A stretch of 64,000 bases of DNA, from the NCBI GenBank assembly GCA_002633005.1, contig NMRA01000574.1, positions 31,030-95,029 on the forward strand. Reading direction: 5' to 3'. A program made the translations under genes and the position numbers. The stretch comes from Phoronis australis (lineage: Eukaryota; Animalia; Phoronida). Below are positions 35,743 through 50,856 of this stretch, one piece after another. Numbering within the stretch: position 1 is the stretch's first letter; each line of letters starts with the position of its first letter. The notes under the pieces were generated by a model that was not told the origin of the DNA, searched no databases, and worked only from the letters and a program-made list of their open reading frames with translations.

Positions 35743-38700
35743 CCTTTGCATACAGGTTATAAGAGGAATCCAACAAGTGAGCCATCTAAAAGTAAACAAA
35801 CCACCACCTAACAAAGCACCAAAACCTATCACTGGACCTTTCACAAACACCTATCAGTGAACAAATACTAAACACTGTAGACATGATTTCAGACATGATG
35901 CCTTGGCTCATGAGCAAACAGATTTGTATTTTTTAATCTAAACCCACATTGTTGATTCAGGATGGGTTTGGCAAGCTCTCTTCCACATCGTGTGGGAAAG
36001 AATGCCAGGAATATAAAAAGTGAATGGGAGATAAGCTATATTTGTCAGCGGAACAGGAGTTCGTATCAAATCAAAGAAGGATCTATAACTTGTTATTTTA
36101 ACACACCATCTGAAAAATCGAGTTCAATTAAAAAAATGTGGAGGTGATTATCACGCATCAAGTCTTAGAGCACAACAGAAACAAATTTATTTTAAAAAAC
36201 TTCAACATCAAAATATTTTCTTGTACTTGAATGCAGCAAAATCTCACCAATGTTGATTATAAATAATTGCCAAAAATTTTCCTAACATAGTTGATAATGG
36301 TCACAATTTTTCAAAATATTGTCTTGAGAGGTAGTTAATACTACACAACTTGAACATAGAAAATCATAAATTTGGTGGCACATATCTTTTATGGAAAAAA
36401 ATTAGCAAATAAAATTTCACTTGTCTGCTATATAGTGGCCTAAATTGACGAGATTTTATCTCGTGTAATATGGCAATGCCGATATTATACAAACTTTGTT
36501 AAACTTAGAAACACTGGGCCCAAAAGAACTACAAGAACAATAAAGCCAACGCTGTCCAACAATGTACAAAAAGGTAGGTTGGATTTTAGTGAGAAAACAA
36601 ATCCAAAGACCTAGCACGCTTCTAAGGGAACTTCTTCACAACCAAACTACAAAAAATGGAAAATTAAAACGGATTCGAAACCTTTGAAAATGGAAACGAA
36701 GAACAACATAAGTTCAAAAAGTTGTCTAGTGATTGACATCGAGTGATTGAGAGTGGCAAAATGTGCTAAGGATGGGCAAACTTTTACGACAATTCTTGCA
36801 CAGGTATTCATGTCAAGGAGTTACAGTAGTGTAGGGTACATGTCAACCTGGCTGATTCAAGGGCACCAAAGTCTGATACAAGATAAGGTCCAAGTATGTA
36901 ACGATGTTTTAATGACCTACAGGTGTACCACAAGTTTAACACCTGCACTGGTCCCAGGAAGACTTATTAAAGTTACTAATGAAAGATGCAGTTACTCAAG
37001 CACCGTTATGACATGTAGTGTTCATATGCAGGTCCAGTTTGGCTGACATCAGCAAAAGCAGTTCCACTTCAGAAAATTCAGGAGTCAAATTTAGATAAAA
37101 TGGTCAGACAAGCATCAAAAATAAAAAAGCATTCAACTCCCAGGTCATTTATAGATGTCAAGGAGCGCATCTGACCTCAGATGCCATTTCACATTTTGTC
37201 AGCCCAGACCAAAAATTTCAATAAGTGTAATTTCGTTAGTGACTGAACTGACAGCAGACATAGTTAATCACAAAGCAGGACCAGCAAAATATTGCCTGTA
37301 ACTATACAGGTGGAAATTTAATACTATAAATAGCATTTCAAATTTCCATTGTGGGGAACATCAAAGAAATTTCCCCCCTATCTGTCTGCAAGAACAATCT
37401 GCCACACAGGGAGAAGAAACGTTGCCCAGTTAAAATGATCAGAGAGAATGTTGATGGTACTTTTGATAAAATGTCACAGGTCCATATGGTAATGCGGCAT
37501 ACCTAAGCTCACATTTATTCAATTTAAAAAATGTGACATTGTTATGAACTCACTTTCTACAGGCATGAGGAGTAGAGGACAATCGAGGCCATGGGCGCTG
37601 GTTATGTTTTCACTAACACTAGGGAGATGTGAACAACAATATTACCACATCTGGAGTTGTCAGGGGACATACATATGACATTGCTTCACCTGAACGTGAA
37701 CGTAGGAGGCAATTTTCCCCCACGTCACCAACAATTTGCAACATATTCCACATTCCACCCGCCCTATTCTTGTAAGCCTTTCCCCTATTTTTCCATTGTA
37801 TGCTTCCGTACCAAAATTTTTTCTTGTGATGTATTGCCTAAATTTTCCTGAACTTTTGCCCGAATCTGAGGGGCAATAGCCCCCCACCCTCTTCCTAATA
37901 GGCCTATGAAATCCAGCGAGCCTTCATTCTAAAAAGCTATAATAGAAGACATGACACCAGCCATTGTTGGCACACAAGATATTGGTACAGGTAGCACATA
38001 CTTGCACAAAAGGTGGTAAAAGATCATCTTAAGTTAATGACACGTGTCAGTCTTTGTTTGAAAAGATTGTGCTCAACAGTTCTAATCCTATTTTGACTTT
38101 AAAAGACAAACAGGCCAATTCAGTGGGTGAAGCTGTTTGTTGACTTTGCCAGAGCCAAGTTTTAATGCTGACTAGGGGCAACAGATTATTGAACTTTTGA
38201 CATTTTTCAAAAGTTAGTCTCATCTCCTCCGATTCCAAGAACTTTATTCATATTTAACCATAATAGCACCCTGTGCTGTAATTTGACTTTCTGACCCTAC
38301 TTGCTGAAAGAAATTATCGCTTGCAAAAAATTAACAACTATTACATAAATATCAATCCATCAAAAACAAAACAAAATTCGATTCTATCATTACACAAGGG
38401 AATGTGCTTTGATAAAAATGTTCATCTGATGAGGCAGACATTCAGTCTAACGTGCCCGAAGCATTTTGACAGGCCTCTTCCTCGGATGCTGATTAGAACT
38501 ACATGACTGGGTCAGCCTCATAAAATCACACCAAATTCTCAGTACAACAAATGAATAGGCACTCCTTAAAATAGTTGAAATAAGCAAAAATCCCATGGTG
38601 GCATTCCTATGTAACACTCATGTAACTATTACCATATATGAAATAAACATATGTAATTGGATACAACAGTGTGTCCTGGTACACCACAGTGCAGTGCACA

Positions 38701-41700
38701 CAGTACAAGAGAGTTCCAGGCAAACTTCGGACTGAAACAAAGGCATATAAACAAATCAACTGCATAGTTTAGTTTAGTTCAGGCACTGAGACAGAGACAT
38801 GAGACGCCAACTGCTGTGTCCTGAAAAAACATGATCTAGGTGACGGCATTGCGGTTATAGGCTCGGCTTAATATGAACATAAGGGTCAAATTGTATCTAA
38901 CTACTAGCTTTGTCAGTAACAAAACACTAGGGGCTATAACCATTGTGGTCATGTAACAAGTCTGTAACAATACTTAAATAGGCTGGCTGCGGAATGAACC
39001 TCCAAATACGTCACTGAAAAGCACTCAATATTTTTTTACAACACAACAAAGTATGGCACAGTTTTCGTCCATTATGAATACATAACAGCGGAACAGAGAA
39101 AATTTCATTTCATTATTTCCAGACTTTGTTTTACCATCTGTCATCAACAAACACATGATGAAATTTCAAGCCATTTTAACAATGCAGTGAATTTTTCAAA
39201 ATTGGAAAATTACCATTTGAGGACTCTTTACCGTACATGTCTCAGTAATACTGGTAGTCACTTAAGGAGTTTTGCATTTTTAGAACCATTTTCTCCACTG
39301 AATAACAGGCATCTAACAGGCTCTCAGAATCCAGGGACCAATTCCCGGTAAGTACTCCCATAATTCTTTATTTAATTCTCCCTAGGTATTTGTTCTAGGT
39401 AACTTGCTAAAAAGCCTTCTCTTACATTAGCTATTTAAAAACCTAGCAAGTAAAACTTTTTAACACTAATTTCGTGGTAAACCAAATAACAATGGTGATT
39501 ACGTAACTCAGCCTATCCCAGGGTCAACAAGCATTTACAAATCAGCAGTCACTACTAAAGAACAAGGACACCATCATAATACACAGGTAAACCACAGCCA
39601 TTGGTTCCTAGACCACAGGTATGAAGTTCAAATTTGATGACTTAATAAGATCAAGTTGTTCTGAGAAAACATTGGGCAGGGCCATGTATTGTGGAAGACC
39701 AGACCAATTAAGGACTTACATAATTTTGTGTTCTGCAACATTTGTAGTCAGGGGCTTTTTTAAATGGTCTCAATGGGGCATTGGATAAGGTTCCTTTTGG
39801 CTAGCCTGGAGGTCTCAGGTAGAATAAACAAAACATCAAAATCGAGAGACCACCAGCAAAGACCCAAGGAGAAATTAAAGAGAATAGCTATTCTGGTGAA
39901 AGCACAACATTTTCATGTCTTTTCTCATCTTTATACACCATATTCACGCAGTCGCTATTTTAAAAGTTAAGCTCTTCTTAGGTTTTAAAAACAATGTATT
40001 TTACTCTTACATATAGCGCAAAGTGTGATTTTTTCGCGTGCCACGTTATGTTCATGTCTCAAATGCATTGTTTTTTAAACGTAAAAAGAGACTCACAACA
40101 AAAAGTGCGACTCCGTGACTAAGGACTATACAGAGATTTTAGGACACTATCTCGTTACTTGGTCTTCAAACATATATTTCAACAATAATAACATTATTAC
40201 CAAAGCCTGGAAACAAAAATGTGAAAATATGTCTATTTAGCGTCTATGTTCAAACACAGACAGTCAAATTAAATAAAGTTAGACATAAAACTGTGAGGGT
40301 GGACACATTGTACACTCTAACCTCTGTGGTTACATCAAAATACCACATCAGTTATGCAACAACAATACACCAGTATTGACCAAGCAGTCAGTACTTGCCA
40401 AAAATGTACAGCCCAGCTCCTGTATTACATTATCAGTGAGTATGTTTTAACAATCTTCCATTACAAAAGTATCATCGAATCAGTGCTGTAAGTGTAGTGG
40501 GGCGCAGGTGCACATAGCCGTAGGCGCAGCCAACCACCTTTTGGCATTTGAGCATACCGACTATGCACCGTAAGTTACGTTCAGTGCTCAAGGTGATACT
40601 GTGGGCTTTGGGCACCTAATTACCTCTAATTTTACCACTACGACACTGCATCGAATGTGTACATATACTAACCATATTATGAACAGGAATCTTCATTCTT
40701 AACAACAACAGTCCATCTATCAATACTCCACTCCAAACCTATTTTTCCGAGTTCAACTCCATGCCCAAGTCATGTTTTCTTTGGTGACTTCAGTACAATG
40801 TCAAAATAGTAGAACGCTGATTCTGATAACATGAACGATTAAGGGTCCTTGTAATGTAACTGATGGCCCCTCACAAGCAACAGGTTAGCTCGCACACAAA
40901 AGTCCAAATACAATGAATACAAACTGTCCAGTGAATGGCATGAAATTGCCTGACCTATATTTAACCCTGGTGAGTCATCCAATGAGAAGAATGTATGGGG
41001 TCGGAGGTCACGGGAAACTGAGAGGTCCTGCAGACAGTGATCAAACAATATGCTGTTCCTGTGTGACCTACAAACTTCCAACCAATTGGCTGATATCAAT
41101 ACAGTTTCAGTAAATAATCCAATTCATTACAAGAATTCAACACCAGTTTTGGTATTGGTGCAGTATTATTTCCTTATAGGTTATTCCCACTGGTAACAAA
41201 TACTGTACTACGAATAAGTAAAGAACTTGCACCATTCAGGGACATTCTAGCATTTGTCCCTCATGGTGGGGGTATTGTCACCATTTTTTACCTTCATGAT
41301 TTCAACTGATCGTAAATCATTCACTGACTATCCATGGTTTCCTAGAGACTCAGACCCCCAAAGTTGACAACGCGTGACCTGTTTATCAAAACACTGGCGA
41401 CGGCCATTATCTCTAAGCCAATCTATCATGCAACGTTTTTTTTATAAATTATTCTCTTTTAAAGAACACTTTTGATCAATAAGGTGCAAATACAATGCAA
41501 TCCTAAAATAGCAGATCCAGGCAATCCCCAGAGTAATTAATCAAAGAACTTGATGTAATTAATTGATTTATCAAACAGGGGTAGATCTCCAATAAATCGG
41601 ATTCTATTTTTAACAAGCAAGCATTGAAAAGATCAAAGAAGTTAGAGCAGATCAACTAGGTCAAGACAGATAAGATTATTTGAGAATTTAGGAAGATTCC

Positions 41701-44686
41701 TAGGACTCCAAGACTCTTACAAAACGCACATTCCTGGTTCAACTCAAAAATGTCAATTCCAGACTCGGTTCCTATGAAATCAGATAATTTCATTAGTGAC
41801 AGTTTTCTGCAGAATGAGGAAACAATTACCCCATGTGAGGGCGCTGTCACAGTAAAACCAAGAAACAAATGTGTACAAATAGCATAACTATTTATTTGTT
41901 CAAAGACCCCACGATATAATTAAACGGGAGGATGGAGTGATAGAAAACTCTCTTTACGCTCGCTCGTATATGGTGAACCAAATTGTCATTTATTATGTGG
42001 CGGCACCTTTAAATAGCTGCACCAGTTAGCAATAAAAAACAACACAAGTATCTATCCTACGAGGGAAATTGAAATTTAATTTGTCGAATTTTTCAACAAA
42101 AATCGCAACTGTTAAAGATCTGGGGCACGTTCCAAGAAAACTGACTTAGCTAAGAAAAATCTTAGTTTCATTCAATTTTAAAATAAAACTTAAATTTGTC
42201 TCAATACTGTTTCAAGAAAGAGATCTTAAGCTTCACCTAAATTTTTTACTTAAGTTTTACCTTAATTTTGACTACCTTACCGGGTGTAGAAGTTTCAAAG
42301 TTCGGAAGCTGAGACAAATCTTAGACTTTTAACATTGTCAAGGGGTAGCCATGGTGTCAAATTTTTAAATAATAAGGCATTTATTTGATGCAATTGAGAA
42401 CAAAATTTTCACCTGAATGTCCGTTGTACTGTGTGCCATCTTGCAGCAATGAGTTTTTGAAAATTTGATTACACAGCAATTTTGCCATTCTTTTGTATCA
42501 AGCTTTAACATCCTTAGTGCAAAAATAATGACCATTATTCTATTGAACAAAGAAGCTGTAAAGATAGCAAGGTTTGAAGCACCAACACAAAATATCTTGA
42601 TTAAAAAAGAAAACTACCAAACAAGACTTCATAAAAGTCTCCACTGAGTCAGAATGAGTAGTGCGAATTTCCAGTTTATATCACGAACAGTAAAATTTTG
42701 AACAAAAATAATAGCTATTTTTTCATTTTTAAGGGCTACTATTTTTTTCATTTTAAGGGCTACTCATATTTTGCGAATACTCACAATTTCTCAGAATAGG
42801 GTTAGCCATAACACTACAGCTTAAACACGGAAGACCAGTAATAAAGTGGTGTTACATATCTCCCGTGGAAAAAAATAGAAGAAAAACTCAGTTGTCGGCC
42901 ATGTTGTGTCAGACATTGGTGAGATTTTATTGAAAGGCATGACAGACATCCTTCCAGGGGTGACTCACTCACTAACCCTGTACACAATGTATCTTGCCCA
43001 ACAATTGAACAGCAGGAAATAATCACATACAGCCTTTTTGTGTGGAGCAATGGAGCACTTAATAACCTGGAATCCGGAATCAGGAATCAATTCCATCGAT
43101 GAAGTATTTGTAACCTTATAGCTAGACGTTATTGTGAAAAAGGTGTTATAACTCTTTTAACACCTGTTGATTGATCTGGAGTAACACCGTAGTTATTGAT
43201 AACCTGTATCAGTAACCTAACATTAACACTGCTGATCTCTTTCAAAGGACCTTATTGATTTCTCGGTGTATTGCGCCAATTATTTACAAGACTATAGGTT
43301 TTAACTCACTAAAAGTATATATTTTCTGAAACTAATAAGACAGTAGAATTTAATTAGTGACTTCATACTAATCTGCTATCAATTGGGTCATATGACTAAC
43401 TAGTCCTTTTGGTAAAATTTAGCTAAAAAGAAAGGAACATCCATATCAAAACAACAGTGTCAATAATATGAACAATGAAATTTCAAAAACACTATTACAG
43501 TTTTCTAAATTATCATTTTGTTTTCGTTTTATTAAACTTTTGATTTTTTTATAAAAGTCACAAAAGTCCTATTTCATAGCCCTCATGCAAAAGTGGAAAA
43601 GTTTAAATTAAAATAATTCCAAACAGCAGTTCCAAGAACACTGTATAAAACAGGGCATAGGAAAGTTCCAAAGGAATACCATCTGCAATTTCTGAGATAT
43701 CATGATGTTTCCAAGTTTGCCAAATTTGGCCATTTTTTGAGGGTCCTCCAAAATCTTAAAAACCACATCAATATTATCTATAGACCTACACTTTTTATGC
43801 TTAAAAAGAGGAGAGTGAGAAAAAAAGTCACTTTCAGGGGTCCCACATTTTGAGAACCAGTTTCCTCCATTGAATAACGGCCATCAAACTCGTTCTCAAT
43901 ATATGGAGACCCTAAGGTGACTAGTGTCGAGAAAAAGATAGCCGATTTCACAAAAGTTATTGGTGATAAACGCAGTGTCGGTCACTCATTAGTGTCTTCA
44001 ATTAAGACATCACCAGAATGTCTATAAAGTCAAAGTTTTCAAAATGTTACAGAATATCTTGGGAACGACATCGTGCTTTGTTGTGCAACATGTATCAAGT
44101 TGACGCCATTGTTTTGCTCCCAGGTGTCTAGTTTTGTACACTACAAGAGGGTTGTGTAGAATAAAAAGTCATTCAAAACATGTCTGCAGGATAAGTTAGG
44201 GTATCACATCATAACCATTGTTGAACAATGTAACAGCACACACCATTGTTTGGTGTCATTATTGTTATCTGTCCTCCAAACACAGCCATGTTGCCAGCAA
44301 GATGGACTTTAAGAACCCAAAAAAGATCAAAATCACATTCTGACAACACTTTGTGCTCAAGTCCAGACAGCAGACACATGCCAGGTTTTTGTGTTTAAGC
44401 AAAATGGGTAAAACAAACTGGGGATGGCAAAAATTTCCAAGCCAAATACCCCTCCCCCCTGCAGGCCCTGTCTCAACTGACACATTCCTCTCCATTTCTT
44501 TGCCGTCAGTACTGTGCCACTCAGATTGTCTTCAGGAACCTGGACACAATGTGTATCATTAGTTATCTGAGAGGTAAAAATACGCCTCCCAGCCAATGAG
44601 TGTGTAGTTAAGTGGAAAATTGGTCTTGTGTAAATACACTAAAAACCTGGAATGCAGACTTGAGCAGCAAACCACAAAAATGTTTG

Positions 44687-46157
44687 CAAGGGGTACATGC
44701 ACCCCTCAATCTGCCAGTTGTCATTAACGCAAGACTTTCAAGGTGTACACATAGATTGGAAACAGGACAGCTAGTAGGTAAGTAGGAAGAGCATTGAGTT
44801 CGACCATGTCAAATAACATGAAAGTAGGCTGAACCTGGCAATCTGCAGCAAACTTTCAACAAAAGGCGTTGAAATGCGCCCACGAATGTACTGCAAATGG
44901 TGAGCTTCTAGGGTGTTTATTTGTGTCATAAAAAGGGCCACTAGATAGCGCAAAATATTTTGAATCCATCAAAAACTGGAAAGTGTCACCGTTTTTTTAC
45001 AGAAAGCTATTTACCACATTTCATGAAAATCCGTCAAGAAACTTTAACAAAACGGAAAAAATGAAATTGCGACTAGGGGACAAAGGGTCATCGGATCCGT
45101 CTGAAAGCTGTCGTTTTCTGTTGTCAATGTCATGTAAATACTCTCATTAAATTTAATAAACATTCTGCAGAGGGCTTAGGAGATACAGCTAAAAAAAAAA
45201 CTGCCACTAGGAGGCACCACAGTAACTGAAGCCGGAAAAATCATCGTCAAACGTCCCCTTTGCACTAACAATATATAAGCCACTTTTCACAATCATCCTA
45301 AGAGCGGTATGGCTGACAAAGGGCGGACAGCAAAAACAAACTAGAAAACAGTAAAAATGTAAAAATGGCCACTAGATTGCGCAAACTATGTTGAATCCAT
45401 CTGAAAATCGGAAAATGTTACCGTTTCTTTGAAAGCAAACTATTTAACGAATTTCATGAAAATTCGTGGAGGAACTTCAGAAAAACAGGAAAACAGAAAA
45501 ATGAAATTGCCACTAGGGGGCAGTGTTACTCGAACCTGTCTGAAAGTCATCGTCTTCTGTTGTTAACTTCATATTCATAACACATTTGCTTCAATTAATA
45601 AAGATCCTGGAAAGCATTTAGGAGATACAGCCACGGGCGCAAAAAACAAACAAAACTACCACTAGGAGGCACCACAGTAGTCAAAGTCATAGGAAAATCA
45701 TTGTCAACCATCCTCTTCATAGTAAGAACATACATGCCAATTCTCGCAATCATCCTTAGAGTGGTTTGGTTGACAGAGGGGCGGACGCCAAAAAACTTAT
45801 TTGAAAATAGTAAAAATTGCCACTAGATGGCGCAAAATGCCTCAAATCCATCCGAAAATGACACGATACCGTCACCTCATTAATAGATGCCTATGTGCCA
45901 AATTTCATGAAAATCGGTTGAGGACCTTTGAAGATATAGAGGCAAACGTAAAAAACTAAAATTGACACTAGGGGGCACAGCAGTATTCAGGTCGGTCCGA
46001 AACTCTTTGCCCTCTGTTGTCAACTCCATAGGAACACACCTGCTAAATTTCAATAAGTTCCTGCAAGGGGTTTAGGAGATACAGCCGTGGACGCCGGACG
46101 CCCAGACAGAGATGACGGCAATATGCACCCACATGTACATATGTGGGTGCATAAAAA
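44687..46157 (+). mobile_element. Helentron/HINE-like non-autonomous element with internal tandem array
   Basis: 5' small hairpin aggggt-acatgc-acccct; three higher-order units starting at 44937, 45368 and 45819 (431, 451 and ~270 bp); a ggacg/gaca microsatellite-like tract at 46089-46110; a 13-bp-stem hairpin at 46122-46153 followed by an A-run. This matches DINE-1/pearl/HINE architecture. Confidence 0.75.
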
Positions 46158-46989
46158 TGTCTATTTTACCTTCATCTTCCGCTATCATTTTCAAATGTTT
46201 TGATCATATAAAATAAGTGTAATACTCTAAATGAGATAATGCTCATATTTTTTCAGCTTGAAACTTCAAACAAAATTTTGGACACAAATCTCACTGAAAC
46301 ATGTCCAACATTCAGCTAACAGTTGTGGTTTCAATACATGCACATGCATTGCACATCAAAACCAAGGTCACATTCCCCATAAACAAAACTTCAACACTTC
46401 ATATTTCCTCATGAACCAGGGCGTTTTTTCTTCAACCAAAATATTTAAAAATCCCATAACCATGACACAATGACATTCAAAATGCCATTGGTGTGTGGAC
46501 CAGAACCAAACAGTCTAGCACCCCACACATGCAATGTAAACAAAGGCTGGTCATTAGGTCTTGAAACAATGCACCCCTGTTGTCTGATGACCAATAAAAA
46601 CCCAACATCACCAGATCAAAGGCATAGATAGCCAATCCGTATGTGGCAGAAGGAAAGTGAAACATCTTGCTATTCCATGCATTTCAAAGCACAGGCTTTG
46701 TACATTAGTCAATTAAGAACAAATTGGCATTTGAAAGTTAGTGATTATCAATAACTTCAATCTACATATTTCTGCCTATTTTAAGTTGTTTATTCCATTT
46801 TACTTGACATTAAACATAACTGTATAAGCCCAAATAACAAACAACCCCTAAAATTATTGAACTTAAAAACAGAAAAAATCAGTGTTCTGATGTCAGCACG
46901 ACCCTCCCATAAATGTCACCAAGTGCAGGGTTACCTGCAATTAAATGGCGAGACAGTTGTTTTGGTCAAAGGTCACCTGATCTGTCTAA

Positions 46990-47460
46990 AGGCCTTTTCA
47001 TACTGACTTAACTCCGGTCTGAGCGGAGTGTCGATGTAAACTGAAAAACCGTTCATACTGGCTTCGGTTGTTAACGGGCATCGAAGTAAACCATAGGTGA
47101 CGCTGTTGTCATCGAAGTAATCGCAAGGTAGCGCTGCATGCTAAGGGAACATTTGCATGTGCTAATTGACATAAAACTTATTTTTAATTTGACTGGTGAT
47201 TATTCGAGCAAAATATAACTATTAGCGACTACACTACCCTTTAATTGTTGACGATAACAGTGGCACCTGGTAATAACTTCAATGGGACCGAAGTTAACCA
47301 TTCACACTGCACCGTAGCGTCGACGCTCCACTATGAAATCCACCTGTTTACTGTGAAGTTAACTGGCGCTGTTAACTTCTATCCAAGAGCGAAGTTAACC
47401 ATTCATACTGACTGTAACTCCTCAAAATATTGATGCGTTGATGCTAGTATGAAAGGCCCT
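46990..47460. mobile_element. MITE with PIF/Harbinger-like TIRs
   Basis: aggccttttcatact ... agtatgaaaggccct inverted ends; internal reiterated ttcatactg and gaagttaacc motifs; TSD not clean. Confidence 0.7.
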
Positions 47461-49307
47461 ATAACGACGCCTTGTTTTGTGTGCACGAACATTAAACAAA
47501 AATATCTCGTTATTCTAAGGCTGTTTAATCACAAGTTTTTTGTTTAATATGAACCTTAAAATGGGACGTCCTATGTATTCCAAAATCCTCAAAATGTTCA
47601 AAATTTAGCATAATAGACAATGGATTTTTAAATCCTGGAGGAGCACCAACACCACTGTTGATGGGAAGCTGCTGCATACACTCTTTATAAGTAAGAAAAC
47701 TGAGAGTATTAAAGCAAATACAGAGGGTACTAATTTCTGAAATATTCCAATTTTTGTGACAGCTGTTGATTGATACAACTCATTCTCTGTTCTAAAGTAA
47801 CAAAAACAAGAGAACAAGTAAAAAGTATCTTTATTTTTTATTTCTATGGCTGAATTTTTCCTCTCCAAAGGAGAAGTATGGCCTATAACCACAAACACCC
47901 GCTATAACTCTTTCTCTTGGACAAATCCTGCCATGTGCTTGTGAACAACACAGTGCAAGTAATGACCTGTTCCACATTGCTCTGACAAATTAGCCCCATA
48001 CAGTATTTGTGACATGCCACAGTAAACACCAAAGACCAACCACCACCAAATGGGCATTTTGTACAGCTCAGTTCCTCCAAACCCTTCCCATCAGAAGCTC
48101 CACAGGCAAGCAGAAACTCTCATCAACAGCACAGCCATGTTTGTGATTGTATTGCATAACATGTTAACAATCAATACCATGTAATCACAGGACATGACAC
48201 TGCAGAACCTCTCATGGCCGCCACATGCAACCCTATCTTTCAAAACCTAGTCTTGCATTTACCAGAATTTTTTACTATAGTCATTCAATAAAGTGTGCGT
48301 GCGTAGTTCATATCAATAGAATACTGTTGAGTTCATTGGGTGCTTCAGCAGTGAGCTTCGACTTGTAAACGAAACTTGACCTATTCAAGCTTGCAGAGTG
48401 CAGTTTTAATTTAACCTAATTATCACTAAGTGGGAAGGGGTTAACTATGGTTTGAAGGCTTCATACTAGAGATAGTGCATAGAGCATCTAAGAATTATAA
48501 CAGGGGACCATTTGGGAAGTCATAAGACGGAAATCTGTTGTGTGCTCGACTAGGTAGAAGACAAAACGTTTCAAGTACTGCAAAAAAACCATGAAAATTA
48601 ACAACTCACTTTCAAAAATAGCCCTCCCCTCCCAACTTGGGACCAATCCATGTCCAGACTTTGCTCACTACTGTCAGTATTATTGAAGACAGTGAGGAAG
48701 TCCTGGACACAATACAATTGAGTCAACATTTTTACAAGCACATGTTAACACTTCTGACTTCAGTGAAAGGCAAACAAGCTAACAATGCCTGACAGTGCCT
48801 CACTACCTTGACTAGGCGCCCCATATTATTTTGTACCCTATAGTGAGGCACATGAACAAGAGAAGGCAGGACTCCATTTGGTGACCTGCAGATTTTATCA
48901 AAAAAATTGTACAATGTAACAGTTGTTACACCATTGTTACATTTTAACATTTTTACATAGTTGTTACATTTTAGTGGAGTGCACATTCCAGAAATGGGGG
49001 AGGGGTACTCGAGTATTTTTAGACGAGGGGTGCGGCTGGAAAATTTTGAATACCTACCCGTTTAGAGGGTGGGCTTGGACAAAAAAGTGACCCATTTAGA
49101 GACTAATTTTATGTAAAATTTCACATTTTCCCACATTTCTGTTCCTGAAATTCAGAAAAGGCACCCTTTTAGATAGTATTTTGATGAAAATGGCACCATC
49201 TTGGAGAGTATTTTTTACTGTGAAAAAACACCCTTTTGGGCGACACTACTCATATACCTCTTTCCATAGGAATGCCCTCCCGGGCTGACACGATATGAAT
49301 CTGGCTA

Positions 49308-49445
49308 CTTATTATCATTTTTATTACTATTACATTTCTATTACTGCTATTAGCCTACTACTATTACTCCTTTCACTACTGTTACTCGTTATCGGTATTG
49401 TTATCATCATCATTATTATATCATTAGTATTATTATTATTATTAT
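49308..49445. repeat. Low-complexity (TTA/CTA/TCA)n tract
   Basis: Imperfect trinucleotide runs such as tattattattatt and tcatcatcatt. Confidence 0.8.
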
Positions 49446-49898
49446 AAATATTTTATTTAACAACGACATAGTGCAATATTAAGAAAATATGTTTTAGCAA
49501 AGTGCTAATACATCACGATCCTCAAAGATTTTAAAATCATATAATTTATGGTTCAATGTTTTCACCAGGCTTCGTATGATGGACAGCGAGTGCTTAAAGG
49601 GTTTCCTATGTTCATCCTTAACGGTATTGTGAGAAACAAACGTCATGACAGCTGTGGATGCAGACTTGGCCTGCTTTTTGGAAAGGAGGAGGTTGAGATT
49701 TCAAACATTTATTATTAAATTTTCTGATCTATCGGCAAGCCCGGTATTGCTTGTAAATTTAACTACATCCTTCTGAAGTTTGCCACGAAGAAGTGAATTC
49801 AACACTGTAATCTTTTACTTGCGACTTACATCTAAACACGAGGATACCCACTGTGTAATCATTTTTGTCTCTTGTTAAAAACATTATTTTTCAAAGAA

Positions 49899-50069
49899 CT
49901 GGGGCTCGTTCCACGATGTAAGTTCAAAAATTGCTTCAAGTTGAATTCTGAAAGTAGACATTTTTCGAGAACTAGCGACTAATTGGCTATGGCTGCGGTC
50001 ACCGGGTCATTAGAATAGCTGATAACGGACATACAAAACACGCAACTCTTTTACGTGGAACGGGCCACA
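49899..50069. mobile_element. Short MITE with CTGGGGC.CGTTCCA-type TIR (related end at 42120)
   Basis: ctggggctcgttccacg ... cgtggaacgggccaca; a similar left end ctggggcacgttccaag occurs at 42120. Confidence 0.55.
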
Positions 50070-50450
50070 ATATTCAGTGATTTAACTGAGTGATTTGAAC
50101 TAGATTTCATTGAAAGTGAGTAGTAAGGAACAAAAACGGCCAAGAACTAGTTACATTTTAGGAGAGGCCTAGCAAGGAAAATGTAACAGGTATGAATGCA
50201 TACATCCAAGCATGCCCTTAATTAAAATACTAAACAAAGTAAGCCCGCAGGTGAGAATCGGAATCATTCTTCAAAAATTGTAAGGGTCCATTAATGATTC
50301 AAGCACAGGTAATGCGAGCTGTTGATTTAGGTGGAAGCTTGCGTGCGGGTGTTAGGCCCAAGGGGAACACTCCTAATTTTCCCCATAAATGACAACAGGG
50401 GGCGTGACTATCCAAAAGAGGGAAAGGTTTGTGGACCACCCACAAGTTCA

Positions 50451-50856
50451 GTGCTGTCCACACAGACTTACCTTAGAACAAGTTACTCCTGCAACGAGTT
50501 GTCACTAGGTTTGGAGTTGGAGCCTCTGTGGATGCTTTTTGAACAAGTGCAACTTACCCCACTTGTGACTACTTACTCCACCTTATGGAGGCAGGGTAAA
50601 TTGTTGTAGGGTAACTTGCATCAATTCTGACTCCTGTATGGCAGAAAAGCTGGGGCAAGGCAGAAGTAATTATCACCTACAGTTACAGATGGGTCTTCTT
50701 TTGCACTCAGTATTTACATGCTGTTCATTGTCACACACAGAGCAACAACTTCCGTCTTGCACTAGTTGTCAGATATGTGTGTGTGGACGCTTCACGCACA
50801 GTGTGGCAAGTTGCATTAGTGCAAGTTGTCCTGGGGTAAGTCTGCATGTGGATATA
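50451..50856. mobile_element. MITE (~400 bp), copy A
   Basis: gtgctgtccacacagacttaccttagaacaagtt ... aagttgtcctggggtaagtctgcatgtggat inverted ends; homologous in inverted orientation to 52374-52786. Confidence 0.75.
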
